A stretch of DNA of 32,000 bases from an uncultured Chloroflexia bacterium (GCA_963718915.1 CAVRAI010000015.1:450001-482000), one strand, 5' to 3'. Shown: positions 9,003 to 17,548, counted from the stretch's first letter. Made by a program: numbers and translations. Notes: generated by a model from the letters alone, not told the origin.

Positions 9003-9030
9003 TTGACGGGAAAGAAGCCCAAGGTATATC
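9003..9030 (+). promoter_or_regulatory. candidate sigma-70-type promoter upstream of tRNA-Arg
   Basis: TTGACG (9003-9008), 16-nt spacer, TATATC (9025-9030), about 100 nt upstream of the tRNA. Pattern match only. Confidence 0.25.
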
Positions 9031-9132
9031 CTGTTCTATAGGCTCGCCTGTACAGCAATGGTTATAGACAGGTAGAGCCATGGTCACGTTTTCAGGCAAA
9101 GTGCAGGAGCCTGGATTCCAAGCTAGTTTACT

Positions 9133-9208
9133 GGCCTCGTAGCTCAGGGGATAGAGCAGTGGTTTCCTAAACCATGTGTCGCAGGTTCGATTCCTGTCGG
9201 GGCCACCA
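9133..9208 (+). tRNA. tRNA-Arg (anticodon CCT), CCA encoded
   Basis: Manual cloverleaf. Acceptor GGCCTCG/CGGGGCC, D arm GCTC-AGGGGATA-GAGC, anticodon arm GTGGT-TTCCTAA-ACCAT (CCT at positions 34-36), variable loop GTGTC, T arm GCAGG-TTCGATT-CCTGT, discriminator A, then CCA. Confidence 0.93.
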
Positions 9209-9303
9209 ACACAACTTCCCATGATTCGGTGGTGTACTACTGACCTTCGTCCGTGATAAATGAGTCGTCTGCTCGTTGGAGAGAGCAGAGGGAGGATGAA
9301 GGC

Positions 9304-9609
9304 ATGAGCATGAAGGCGCCGGAGAAAGTCGCGCGATAGCGGCTGAGCGTGCTCCAACTGGCCGAATCACTGGGCAGCATGAGTGAGACCTGCCGCCAGC
9401 GCGGCATGACCCACACCCAGTTCTTCGTCTACAAGCGTACAAGCGTCGCTTTGAAGTTCAAGTGCTGGACGGCTTCAATGATTTGCCCCCGAGATCTGGC
9501 TGGCCTTCTACAACAGTGAACGCCCCACCTCGGCTACCGCAACCAGGGCCGCCACCCGATCGAAACGATTTCTTTATTCACTCAACCTGTTCACCATGCA
9601 GGTCTGTAG
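9304..9609 (+). pseudogene. relic of an rve/DDE-type IS transposase (HTH N-terminus fused to C-terminal tail; catalytic core deleted)
   Basis: MSMKAPEKVAR-TAG(9337-9339)-RLSVLQLAESLGSMSETCRQRGMTHTQFFVYKR resembles a transposase HTH. A tandem 8-bp duplication (ACAAGCGT at 9431-9438 and 9439-9446) shifts the frame; removing it gives YKRRFEVQVLDGFNDLPPRS. The tail WLAFYNSERP(H)LGYRNQGRHPIETI (about 9500-9570) resembles the YN-x-x-RPH C-terminal flank of rve-domain transposases and needs another frame correction. Too short (about 100 codons) to hold a catalytic domain. Confidence 0.7.
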
Positions 9610-9689
9610 TACACCTTGCGCCCGCTGCCGCACACCGCGCCGCTCTACCGCTTCTTCGGGTGCTGCCAACGCATGACACTCATTATTCG

Positions 9690-12257
9690 TTAGCATTCGT
9701 CCTCCTCGGCTTCGTCCGGCATAGGCACTTTCGGAGATTCGATGTGAGGTGATTCCTCCTGTTTCTGTTCATAGGCCGCCAAAACGTCGCTCCGGCGCAG
9801 CATGCCTAGTGGCGGCGTCGGAAGGTCGGCATCCACGACGGGTAATTGCCGAAGTCCAAGCCGACTCATACGCCGTACTGTTGTGTAGAGCGATTCGTCG
9901 GGCCGGGCGGTCACGAGGTTGCGCACCGCAACGTCCCCGACTATCAAGCGGCGGCCGTGTTCGCGGTCTTTTCGCTCGAAGAGGTCGGCGCGGGTGATGA
10001 TGGCAACCAGCCGTCCCAAATCATCCACCACCAGCAGCGCCGCGCCGCGTTCATCGAGTAATGAGCGAGCCTTGAAGAGTGGATCAGACTCCCGAACGAG
10101 GCGTGGCGTGGCCAACATCACCTCGGCCACACGGGTCGTTGTGAGCGGATCTCCCTCGCGAGACGATTTCAACATGCGCCCACCCACACTCTGCTCTTGA
10201 TCGGGATCGGGATGAAGATCGCGCTGGCTGGGGACCTGCGCCTGCGCTGGTTCCTCACTTGGCGTGTGAGGTTGCTGTGCTCCATTGCGCTGGGCAACGA
10301 CCGCAGGTGGTATCCGTTTTTTACCCGACTCGCCAGCTTTTGGCACGGTGGGTAGGCGGAGCACCTGTGCGATAGCCCGAGAGGTCAAGACGCCGACAAG
10401 TCGGTCAGGCTCCGCGCGATTCACTACAGCGAGTTGCCACACACCGCTGCGTGTCATGCGAAGCCACGCTTGATACAGCGACTCATCCGGATAGGCGCGC
10501 TGCACGCGTCGCGACATCACCTGGCGCGCCCGCGCCGTCGGCAGCTCCTGGTCGCCAATGCGACCTAGGTCGGCAGCGGACACGACTCCTAACAGCCGAT
10601 CATCGTCCACGATGGGGATACTGACTGCTTGGCGCTCTCGGAAGACACGCGCGAGTTGATCGAGCGGCGTATCGGGCGTGGCGATTGCCAGGGCGCCACT
10701 GAGTCCCTCGACCATGGTATCGCGCACTGTCAGGCTTTGCAGCAAGGGCAGGGTGTAATCATCCTTGTGCGCAGGCGAATCCAGTCGTGTTGGCACCTGG
10801 CTCTCGTAGATTGAGGCATCTCCGGTGACGACATAAGCCACCATGGTCGCGAGCATCGCCGGGGCGATCAGGGCATACGCGCCGGTCATCTCGGCCACCA
10901 TCAAGATCACTGCCAGGGGCGCTTTGGCAATGCCCCCAAAGAAGGCGCCCATTCCAACCACCACGAAGGCTCCTGCGTTCGTCCCGGCAACAAGTCCGGG
11001 AGCCACTGTGTGGAGTCCTGCCCAAAGTGCGCCACCCAAGAATCCACCGATCACCATGCCGGGGCCAAAAACCCCGCCACTGCCTCCGCTACCAATCGTG
11101 AGTGAGGTGGTCAGTATTTTGACGAAGACGAGCACCAGCATCAGCCAGGCGGCAATGTGGGTGTAGTCACTATTTACCCCAAATTGCACATAGCCATAGC
11201 CCATACCCAGCGCCTGCGGGATGAAGAGTCCAATGAGACCAACCAACAGGCCCCCAATCGCGGGTTTGAAGTAGTTGGGAAGGTGAATACGATGAAAAAG
11301 ATTGCGAAGGCCGTAGAGGGCCTTGGGGTAGAGCAGGCCCACCAGTCCTGCGCAGACTCCAAGGATCAGGTACCCCACGAGACTTGACACATGCGTGAAC
11401 TCATAATGTGCCCCTGGCCCAAAGACCGGGGTCCAGCCTGCCCAGACGCCGTAAATCACGAAGCCAACCGCCGAGGCGATAAACGATGGGAATAGCGCAT
11501 CGGCCTCAAAATCGCGCTTGTAAAGCACCTCAGCGGAGAGCAGCGCGCCGCCAAAGGGCGCCTTGAAGATTGCCCCAATCCCCGAACCGATGCCAGCGGC
11601 CATGGCAATGCGCCGGTCGTGCTCGTCCAGGTGCAGCAGGTCGCTGAGCCACGACCCGAATCCTGCGGAGATTTGTGCTGTTGGCCCTTCACGGCCCGCG
11701 CTGCCACCGGAGCCTATCGTGATCGCTGAGGCCACCAGCTTTATGAGCGGGATGCGGCCACGGATGCGGCCCCCCTTTTCGTGGAATGCCTCGATAGCGG
11801 CGTCGGTGCCGTGCCCTTCCGCTTCGGGCGCCAGCGTGAACACGATCAAGCCTGTCAGGAAACCACCGAGCGTCGTCACCACTGGCAGCAGCCAAAGGCG
11901 GCTAATTGGGGTCAACACGGTCGTGCCTTCACCTGCGGGATTGGGCGGTGTGAAGCCCACTATCCCACCGAGGAAGAGGTGCGTGCATAGGGCAATTGCC
12001 GTCGCGAAGAGAATAGCGCCCACACCCGCGACGACGCCAATCAGCGCGCCGATGACAAGCCAACGCTGGAAATAGGCTCGACTGTAGCGCCCAAATGCCG
12101 CAAGTAGTCCCGATTCGGAATGATGTCCGGGACTCTGGCGACGGCTCGGGCGCCAAATCATCCAGGGTGCGGCGATGCTGTAGAGTCGATTGCAGACCTT
12201 TCCGGCTACCTCGACAATTCGCCGCTTTTCCCGCAACACCATGCTCCGTCTGCTCAC
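9690..12257 (-). CDS. ClC-family chloride channel/antiporter with two C-terminal CBS pairs (four CBS motifs)
   Basis: 855 aa. ClC selectivity motifs GSGGSAGREGP, GIGAIFKAPFGG and GSGGVFGPG within about 10-11 TM helices. CBS1/2 (LTVRDTM...IVDDDRLLGVVSAADL; ARQVMSRRVQRAYPDESL...LVGVLTSRAI) are followed by a low-complexity linker of about 70 aa, then CBS3/4 (VAEVMLATPRLVRESDPL...LVAIITRADL; VGDVAVRNLVTARPDESL...GMLRRSDVL). The exact start is uncertain (GTG 12257 or ATG 12242). Confidence 0.88.
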   Translation of the reverse strand: MSRRSMVLREKRRIVEVAGKVCNRLYSIAAPWMIWRPSRRQSPGHHSESGLLAAFGRYSRAYFQRWLVIGALIGVVAGVGAILFATAIALCTHLFLGGIVGFTPPNPAGEGTTVLTPISRLWLLPVVTTLGGFLTGLIVFTLAPEAEGHGTDAAIEAFHEKGGRIRGRIPLIKLVASAITIGSGGSAGREGPTAQISAGFGSWLSDLLHLDEHDRRIAMAAGIGSGIGAIFKAPFGGALLSAEVLYKRDFEADALFPSFIASAVGFVIYGVWAGWTPVFGPGAHYEFTHVSSLVGYLILGVCAGLVGLLYPKALYGLRNLFHRIHLPNYFKPAIGGLLVGLIGLFIPQALGMGYGYVQFGVNSDYTHIAAWLMLVLVFVKILTTSLTIGSGGSGGVFGPGMVIGGFLGGALWAGLHTVAPGLVAGTNAGAFVVVGMGAFFGGIAKAPLAVILMVAEMTGAYALIAPAMLATMVAYVVTGDASIYESQVPTRLDSPAHKDDYTLPLLQSLTVRDTMVEGLSGALAIATPDTPLDQLARVFRERQAVSIPIVDDDRLLGVVSAADLGRIGDQELPTARARQVMSRRVQRAYPDESLYQAWLRMTRSGVWQLAVVNRAEPDRLVGVLTSRAIAQVLRLPTVPKAGESGKKRIPPAVVAQRNGAQQPHTPSEEPAQAQVPSQRDLHPDPDQEQSVGGRMLKSSREGDPLTTTRVAEVMLATPRLVRESDPLFKARSLLDERGAALLVVDDLGRLVAIITRADLFERKDREHGRRLIVGDVAVRNLVTARPDESLYTTVRRMSRLGLRQLPVVDADLPTPPLGMLRRSDVLAAYEQKQEESPHIESPKVPMPDEAEEDEC

Positions 12258-12386
12258 TGCTTAGCTCTTTTCCTCGCCAAATATCTTCGTATCCCACCAG
12301 GTAGGAAGATAGAAGCGCCTCTTTGCGCGCATATCAAGCTGATCAACTGGTCTGGTGAGTACCACACTCGCATAGGCGTGATCGCA

Positions 12387-13013
12387 TCATGAAATGGCGC
12401 CCTGGTCATACGGAAGTGGTGTCATGCCTCTCCACAACAACGTTGCCAGCGTCTCCGCTCGTTCCCCATTTCCAAGAGAGCTTTGCTGGAGCATGTCGGG
12501 CAGCAATGCCAGCGATTCCAGCGCACCCAGGACGAGCATCGCCAATGTGTCCGTCGGCATCGGCAGAATCATTCCTTGATCCATCCCGTGTTGGAAGGCG
12601 TCAGCGAGGCGTTGCACAGAGATGGATAGCCACCGTGCCATGGGCGCGCCGATATCACGGTTGACCCCATGCAGTGCGCTCACATGCACACGAAAGAAAT
12701 CGCGATGGCCTTCAGCTAACGTGACAAACGCCCGAGAGAGGGCACGGAGACGCTCTCGCCAGGGCATATCTAGTTCCATGCATGTACGCACGGTATCGTC
12801 GATGAGCGAGCCAATAGCATCCAAAAGCGCGTCCAGGATCTCATCTTTACTGTCGAAATACAGATAGATGGTTCCACGTCCGATTCCTGCGCGTTCCGCA
12901 ATGGTATTGATGTTCGCTCGGTCATAGCCATAGCGGGCAATCTCAGCCGCTGCGGCATCGAGGATAGCGCGACGTTTCTGCTGGCGATCCGCCTCCGTCA
13001 CAATTTTCGGCAT
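12387..13013 (-). CDS. TetR/AcrR family transcriptional regulator
   Basis: MPKIVTEADRQQKRRAILDAAAAEIARYGYDRANINTIAERAGIGRGTIYLYFDSKDEIL is a typical TetR N-terminal HTH. The start is placed at ATG 13013 (GGAAGGA upstream) rather than the track's GTG at 13064, which would overlap the palindrome. Confidence 0.85.
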   Translation of the reverse strand: MPKIVTEADRQQKRRAILDAAAAEIARYGYDRANINTIAERAGIGRGTIYLYFDSKDEILDALLDAIGSLIDDTVRTCMELDMPWRERLRALSRAFVTLAEGHRDFFRVHVSALHGVNRDIGAPMARWLSISVQRLADAFQHGMDQGMILPMPTDTLAMLVLGALESLALLPDMLQQSSLGNGERAETLATLLWRGMTPLPYDQGAIS

Positions 13014-13047
13014 ATCTGAAAGTTCCTTCCGAGATTCCGTGCTTAAA

Positions 13048-13065
13048 AGTGGGTGACCACCCACT
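13048..13065. promoter_or_regulatory. perfect palindrome, candidate TetR operator
   Basis: AGTGGGTG-AC-CACCCACT (8-bp arms, 2-bp centre), 35 nt upstream of the TetR ATG. It lies just downstream of a minus-strand TATACT (13075-13080) with ACGACA 17 nt further upstream (13098-13103). Confidence 0.45.
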
Positions 13066-13293
13066 CATTAATGAAGTATAGCACTACTGTAGAAACTTGT
13101 CGTGCAGGGTTTATCATTGTCCGAAATGTCGAAGGAGATCGAAACGCCTTCAGAGCCAGTTTGGTATGTATTTGTCGGCGCTCCTGGCAACTGTGAAATA
13201 ACGGCAAACGCTACTCACACATCGCTCGTAGGCTTTTCGCATCACTTTCAGCCTGGAGCCATGCATTGTGTGCCCAACGTCGAGCGATATTTA

Positions 13294-14343
13294 CTACTTG
13301 TCAGGGGTTGTGCCTGCTGCGTGAACGGCGATCATATGCTGAAAGGCGGGCAACACCTCCGTGACGCAACGATGAAGCTGGGCCTGCTGATGGGGCGAGG
13401 TGAATCGCAATACAATCGTGGTATAACCCGCCTCAACGAAGGTGTTGATTTTATCTGTCACTGTTGAGGGTGGACCATATGCCAGCCAATTGGTCAGAAA
13501 TGCGTCGTCAACGCTTCCCTGTCCGTAGTACCTATCCAGGAATGCGACTGACTCGCGATGGGCCTCGGCGGCGTCATCATTGATGTTGACCATCAAATGC
13601 AGTTGTGCGTCGGCTACCTGGCCCGCTCGCCCATACTCGGCGGAGTAGGCCTGAATGCGCGCCCAGCGTTCGCGGAAGACATCCGGCTCGATGGCATCCG
13701 TCTGCCAGCCATCCGCCAGTCGCGCCACTCGACGCAGGATCCTTTCCTCTACCGCTGCATCCACATCCTTTGCGGGGTTGACCGCAATGCAGATCGGCAC
13801 ATGCGCCTGCACCGGTTTGGGATAGACCTCGACATGGTCGAAGGAGAAGAAGCGCCCAGCATACGTTACTGGATCAGGGCCAAAGAAGAGCCTCAGCAGC
13901 TCGATGCCTTCCTCCACGCGCGCCATCCGATCTTGTGACGCTACTCCCATGGCCGCCAGCTCCGTGGCGAAGAGCGGCCCGAGCGATGCTGCGCCTCCGT
14001 TGCACACCGTCAGGATCGTCCGGCCGCCAGAAAGCATATCCAGGCTCGCCCACTGGAGCGCCAGTGGTAGCGGATGACGCATCGGAAAGCTTGCCAGGCA
14101 GATCGTGCCCAGTTTCAGACGCCGCGTGCGCGCGGCCAGCGCTGAGAGCATGACAATAGCTTCTAGCCGTGGCTTGGAGAGAAAGTTATCCCCGACCCAG
14201 ACAGAATCGAAGAGTCCTGATATTTCAGCCTGCTCCGCTGTCTCAAGGAGCATTTCCACTGGTATGCCGAAGAGCACGGCGCGATTGGGCAGGCTAAGGC
14301 CGAAGCGAATCGAGCGTTGCTCAGGCGTCGAGGTTGTCTCCAT
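13294..14343 (-). CDS. LLM-class (luciferase-like) flavin/F420-dependent oxidoreductase
   Basis: IRFGLSLPNRAVLFG...FDSVWVGDNFLSKPRLE...ALAARTRRLKLGT is a typical luciferase-like monooxygenase-family N-terminus, with matching length (about 350 aa). The start is placed at ATG 14343, 7 nt after GGAGGGG. Confidence 0.85.
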   Translation of the reverse strand: METTSTPEQRSIRFGLSLPNRAVLFGIPVEMLLETAEQAEISGLFDSVWVGDNFLSKPRLEAIVMLSALAARTRRLKLGTICLASFPMRHPLPLALQWASLDMLSGGRTILTVCNGGAASLGPLFATELAAMGVASQDRMARVEEGIELLRLFFGPDPVTYAGRFFSFDHVEVYPKPVQAHVPICIAVNPAKDVDAAVEERILRRVARLADGWQTDAIEPDVFRERWARIQAYSAEYGRAGQVADAQLHLMVNINDDAAEAHRESVAFLDRYYGQGSVDDAFLTNWLAYGPPSTVTDKINTFVEAGYTTIVLRFTSPHQQAQLHRCVTEVLPAFQHMIAVHAAGTTPDK

Positions 14344-14359
14344 TATCATTCCCCTCCGT

Positions 14360-15616
14360 TCAGGCAAGTTGGCTTACAATGAGCGCGGTCAGCGCCTTCG
14401 CCTCGGCAATGACTGCCGAAATCGGCACAAAGTCGGGGCCAAGCAGACCCGCTCCTCCACCCGCGCCATACATCACCGTCGGCACATCTGCCGCGCAAAG
14501 CCCACCGGCATCGAAGGTACCCTGGCCATAGTGGGTCTCAGCCGGATATCCATGGATGGCCGTGTGCGCTGCTTGCAAGGCCCGCACGCCAGGATGCTCC
14601 GAATCTACTAAGGCCGGGAGCATGTAGACGCCACGCTCGACTCTTACCTGGTACGGCGCGAGATCGCCAATCACCTTTCGGATCTCTTCGACAGCCTCGT
14701 CGGGATCGTCGCCAGGTAGCAGTCGTCGATCAATTGTGAGCATTGCGTCAGATGGCAAAGTATGCGGCGCTAGTGGCGCATACTGCATCTTGTAAACGAG
14801 CGCATGCCGCGCTCCCAGCAGCGGATGGGTATCGGTCCAGCGCAACTGGCGCAGTCGTGTGATCACCTCGTGCGCCCCTTCAATCGCACTCAGGCCGTTC
14901 TGTGGCGTGCTCGAATGTGTTGCGACCCCTTGCACATGGACATCCACGTCGACGCGCCCCCGATTTCCCAGAGAGATCGCCAGACCTGTGTCAAGCTGCA
15001 GGATGCTAAATCCCGGCTTCTCCGGAAGCGCGGCTAAGATAGCCTCCGAGCAGGCATGGCTGCTGCGCCCCTCGTTATTGATGGCCCAATACAGTCTGCC
15101 TCGTAGCTCGACGCCCTTATCCCGCAGCAGTTTCAACACTGTCAACATCACCGCCTGGTGCGCCTTGCATTGACTGACGCCCTGACCAAAGACCACAGGC
15201 TCGTCGTGGCCAAATGTTGCCGCGTTGCCCACTCTGCCAGAGAACGGATCCTCCATCAGGTTGTTATGCTGTGTTGGCGTATAGCTCTGGATCAGGAGTG
15301 ACTGGCCCGAGACGCCTGATCCCAGCCGGGCTATCAGATTGTTGCGCGGCGCATCGATCAGGTCATAGATTCCCAGACGGACAAGTTCTGGCCGCAACAC
15401 CTGCTGCACATAGTAGACGAGTTTAGGGTCGTCTGGCTCAATCAGTGTCTGGAAGCCGAGCGGCACATCAGTCGGCGTCCGCGCAAGTTGGCTCAATGTC
15501 TCAACGAGATAGACTTTGTCGAGAAACGTCTCAATGGAACCAACGACATATGTCTGCGTATCGCTCGCCACACGAGATAGAGTAGTTGAGTCCTCTTTAG
15601 CATGATCACCGCCCAT
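14360..15616 (-). CDS. M20-family metallopeptidase / deacylase (ArgE/DapE/CPG2-like)
   Basis: 418 aa. Similar in length and overall sequence character to the M20 fold, with an inserted dimerisation-like domain (residues about 200-310). AAGGAGG lies 6 nt before the ATG at 15616. The family call comes from overall resemblance, not a search. Confidence 0.8.
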   Translation of the reverse strand: MGGDHAKEDSTTLSRVASDTQTYVVGSIETFLDKVYLVETLSQLARTPTDVPLGFQTLIEPDDPKLVYYVQQVLRPELVRLGIYDLIDAPRNNLIARLGSGVSGQSLLIQSYTPTQHNNLMEDPFSGRVGNAATFGHDEPVVFGQGVSQCKAHQAVMLTVLKLLRDKGVELRGRLYWAINNEGRSSHACSEAILAALPEKPGFSILQLDTGLAISLGNRGRVDVDVHVQGVATHSSTPQNGLSAIEGAHEVITRLRQLRWTDTHPLLGARHALVYKMQYAPLAPHTLPSDAMLTIDRRLLPGDDPDEAVEEIRKVIGDLAPYQVRVERGVYMLPALVDSEHPGVRALQAAHTAIHGYPAETHYGQGTFDAGGLCAADVPTVMYGAGGGAGLLGPDFVPISAVIAEAKALTALIVSQLA

Positions 15617-15805
15617 GCCAATCCTCCTTCATGCCCTCTTCAATACCCCTCTTCAAAAACAAGAGTACACCATCCAGCACAGATGGGCAGGTAGTCGCTG
15701 CATGTTGTTTCGCGGGATCAGGAAGGATATGGAATGGGGCCTTCGCTCACACTGTCTCGGAGACGGGTTGATTTGACCATCCTTCAGATTTCCCGCACCT
15801 GCGTG

Positions 15806-15861
15806 TAGAGCGTGTGCCTCTAAACCATGTGTCGCAGGTTCGAATTCTCCTGGGATCACCA
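15806..15861 (+). pseudogene. degenerate copy of the 3' half of tRNA-Arg(CCT); putative att remnant
   Basis: The 24-nt stretch CTAAACCATGTGTCGCAGGTTCGA (15820-15843) is identical to tRNA positions 9167-9190, with flanking similarity (TAGAGC upstream, ..CACCA end). Same orientation as the tRNA. Acceptor, D and T stems do not pair, so it is not a functional tRNA. Confidence 0.6.
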
Positions 15862-15896
15862 CGATATCTCCTCGTAATTGTGCGGTTGCGTCCTTC

Positions 15897-15923
15897 CAGC
15901 CGCACCCAGCCGCACCCAGCCGC
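15897..15923. repeat. short tandem repeat (10-bp unit CAGCCGCACC x 2.7)
   Basis: Direct reading: cagccgcacc cagccgcacc cagccgc, about 35 nt to the right of the tRNA fragment. Confidence 0.5.
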
Positions 15924-16016
15924 GCTCTGAAATGTTCCCAAATCCTTTCAGAAGGTCACAGCGCGATAGTGTCTCCATGTGCGACAATGGAGCAGTGAAT
16001 CGTCGCCTGGCGAAAG

Positions 16017-16292
16017 GTGACCGATGCCGTGGAGAATCAAGAACCCGATCAACATGCCTATCGCCCCACTGGTAAGGTATTGCCTCGGCGTAAGGCGCTG
16101 AAGAAGCTGGCAGGAGGCGCCGTTGCTGGCGTACTTATCCTGTCAGGCTGCACGCCCGGCGGCAACCCACCGACCCCTGTCGCGACATCTACCCCCAGCC
16201 CACTGTGGACGCCCACTCCAGCATCTTCCGGGAACACAAGGCGCAAGAGCAGGTCAACCGCGATTCCCCAGGAGGCAACTCGCGACGGATAA
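16017..16292 (+). CDS. small putative lipoprotein, possibly a truncated remnant
   Basis: RRKALKKLAGGAVAGVLILSGC is a basic n-region, hydrophobic core and lipobox (LSGC), followed by a Pro/Thr/Ser linker that stops after about 45 residues with no folded domain. Start codon uncertain. No recognisable family. Confidence 0.35.
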   Translation: MTDAVENQEPDQHAYRPTGKVLPRRKALKKLAGGAVAGVLILSGCTPGGNPPTPVATSTPSPLWTPTPASSGNTRRKSRSTAIPQEATRDG

Positions 16293-16513
16293 CTGCCAGA
16301 CACCAAAACAGCGTGCGGACCACGTTCACGATGGTACCCCAGGATGCGGCCGATGGTGGTGTTAACACCTGTCCGCGTGCTGCGGCGCATGCGTGTAGGC
16401 GCTGGGTGTGATACCCGCAGTGCTACGCCCGAGGCCCTTTAACGTGACCCCGGGTAAGGAGACGTATCCGCGAGCGCCAGCCAGTTGGTTGAACTGTCAG
16501 CGTCCCGTCAGTC

Positions 16514-17548
16514 TCACGAGACGGTGCATTCGCCGTAGCCCCAGAAAATGCCGCTTGCTCCGGCGCTGCCAGAGGTGTTCCAACTGAAGATTTGGTTGCC
16601 CTTCCACCATTGCGTCCCCGTTGTGCCGCAGGGCGCCAGCAATACCGGCGGCGCGCTGTGATGCCAGCCGAGCACTGGTAGCTCCGTTGTGAAGAAAGAA
16701 TTGATGGATGCGGCTGAGCCAGCGCTGCACTCACCACCATACCCGCCCTGCGACACATTGCCGTTGACTCCTGCGCTGCCGAGGCCGTCTTTCGTCAGTG
16801 GCGGCGTGGGAATGTCAGTGGTGTTCGGTAGGTTTCCAGTGTCATAGGTGCGGGTGGGATAAATGCCCGCGACATCGGGCGTACAGGTGGGAGGCGTGGG
16901 CGGTATGGCAAGGCGCAGGTGATAGGTCACGTAGCCATTGTGTCGATCGGTTACCTGTTCGAGCGAGACATAGCGCGGCGCGGAACCCTTGCGCCAGCAA
17001 TATGGATCCCCGCACGACGCCTGGTACGCTCCATTGTAGGGGTAAGAGGCTGCCTGTGCCCAGCCCGCCGAAGGAAGCCCGCTCGCGAAGAACGAGTGAA
17101 TCGTCTGCACACCGCTCGCGTAGCTACAGACGTCAAACTGTTGGATGGTGAAACGCCCATCGCCGCCCTGCGAATTTGAGATGCCTGTGCTGAAGGAGTT
17201 CGGTGGGAACGGGACGTCGCTGAATCCTGACCCGGCAGATGCGGGCTGCAGTGTAGCGCCATTCAGCGTTGTCTGGCAGACTTGCTGCATCGATGGGGTC
17301 GATGAGGGGGCGCTTGTGGTGGCTGTCGACGTGGTCGTCGAGGTGGAAGCGGTCACACTTGGCGCGCACCCCGCGATGGCCAGAACGAGCAGACAGAATA
17401 CAGAGAGTACAAAGAGGGCCTGTGACGCACGGACAATACCGGATGAAAAGAACGAGGATTGCTGAGTGAACGTGCTCACCTCCCACGCAGGACCACTATG
17501 CGGGTTCTCCAGGAGCAACCTGCTCTTCAAGCCAGTGTAGCTGGTCAT
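16514..17548 (-). CDS. hypothetical lipoprotein with an internally duplicated Cys-containing module
   Basis: Signal/lipobox ALFVLSVFCLLVLAIAGC, a Ser/Thr linker, then two related modules sharing C-S-x2-S-x3-I-x-SFF-x3-LP-x2-GW...C...W-x-KG (FDVCSYASGVQTIHSFFASGLPSAGW... and GGECSAGSAASINSFFTTELPVLGW...). The start is uncertain: the track ORF extends to 17698, and I list ATG 17548 (GTG 17479 is also possible). Confidence 0.7.
   Translation of the reverse strand: MTSYTGLKSRLLLENPHSGPAWEVSTFTQQSSFFSSGIVRASQALFVLSVFCLLVLAIAGCAPSVTASTSTTTSTATTSAPSSTPSMQQVCQTTLNGATLQPASAGSGFSDVPFPPNSFSTGISNSQGGDGRFTIQQFDVCSYASGVQTIHSFFASGLPSAGWAQAASYPYNGAYQASCGDPYCWRKGSAPRYVSLEQVTDRHNGYVTYHLRLAIPPTPPTCTPDVAGIYPTRTYDTGNLPNTTDIPTPPLTKDGLGSAGVNGNVSQGGYGGECSAGSAASINSFFTTELPVLGWHHSAPPVLLAPCGTTGTQWWKGNQIFSWNTSGSAGASGIFWGYGECTVS

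Noticed and set aside
13102-13467. 121-aa plus-strand ORF starting in the TetR/LLM spacer
   Set aside because: Most of it is antisense to the 3' end of the LLM gene. It has no SD, and its Cys/His-rich sequence is odd. The spacer is better explained as the TetR promoter/operator plus the LLM gene's 3' end.
15806-15861. The second tRNA-like sequence as a functional tRNA, even a CUA (amber suppressor) anticodon if the loop is read as CTCTAAA
   Set aside because: The acceptor, D, anticodon and T stems cannot be paired: the T stem is GCAGG versus TCTCC, and there is no matching 5' acceptor strand. Only the 3' half is similar to tRNA-Arg. It is better read as an att-type remnant.
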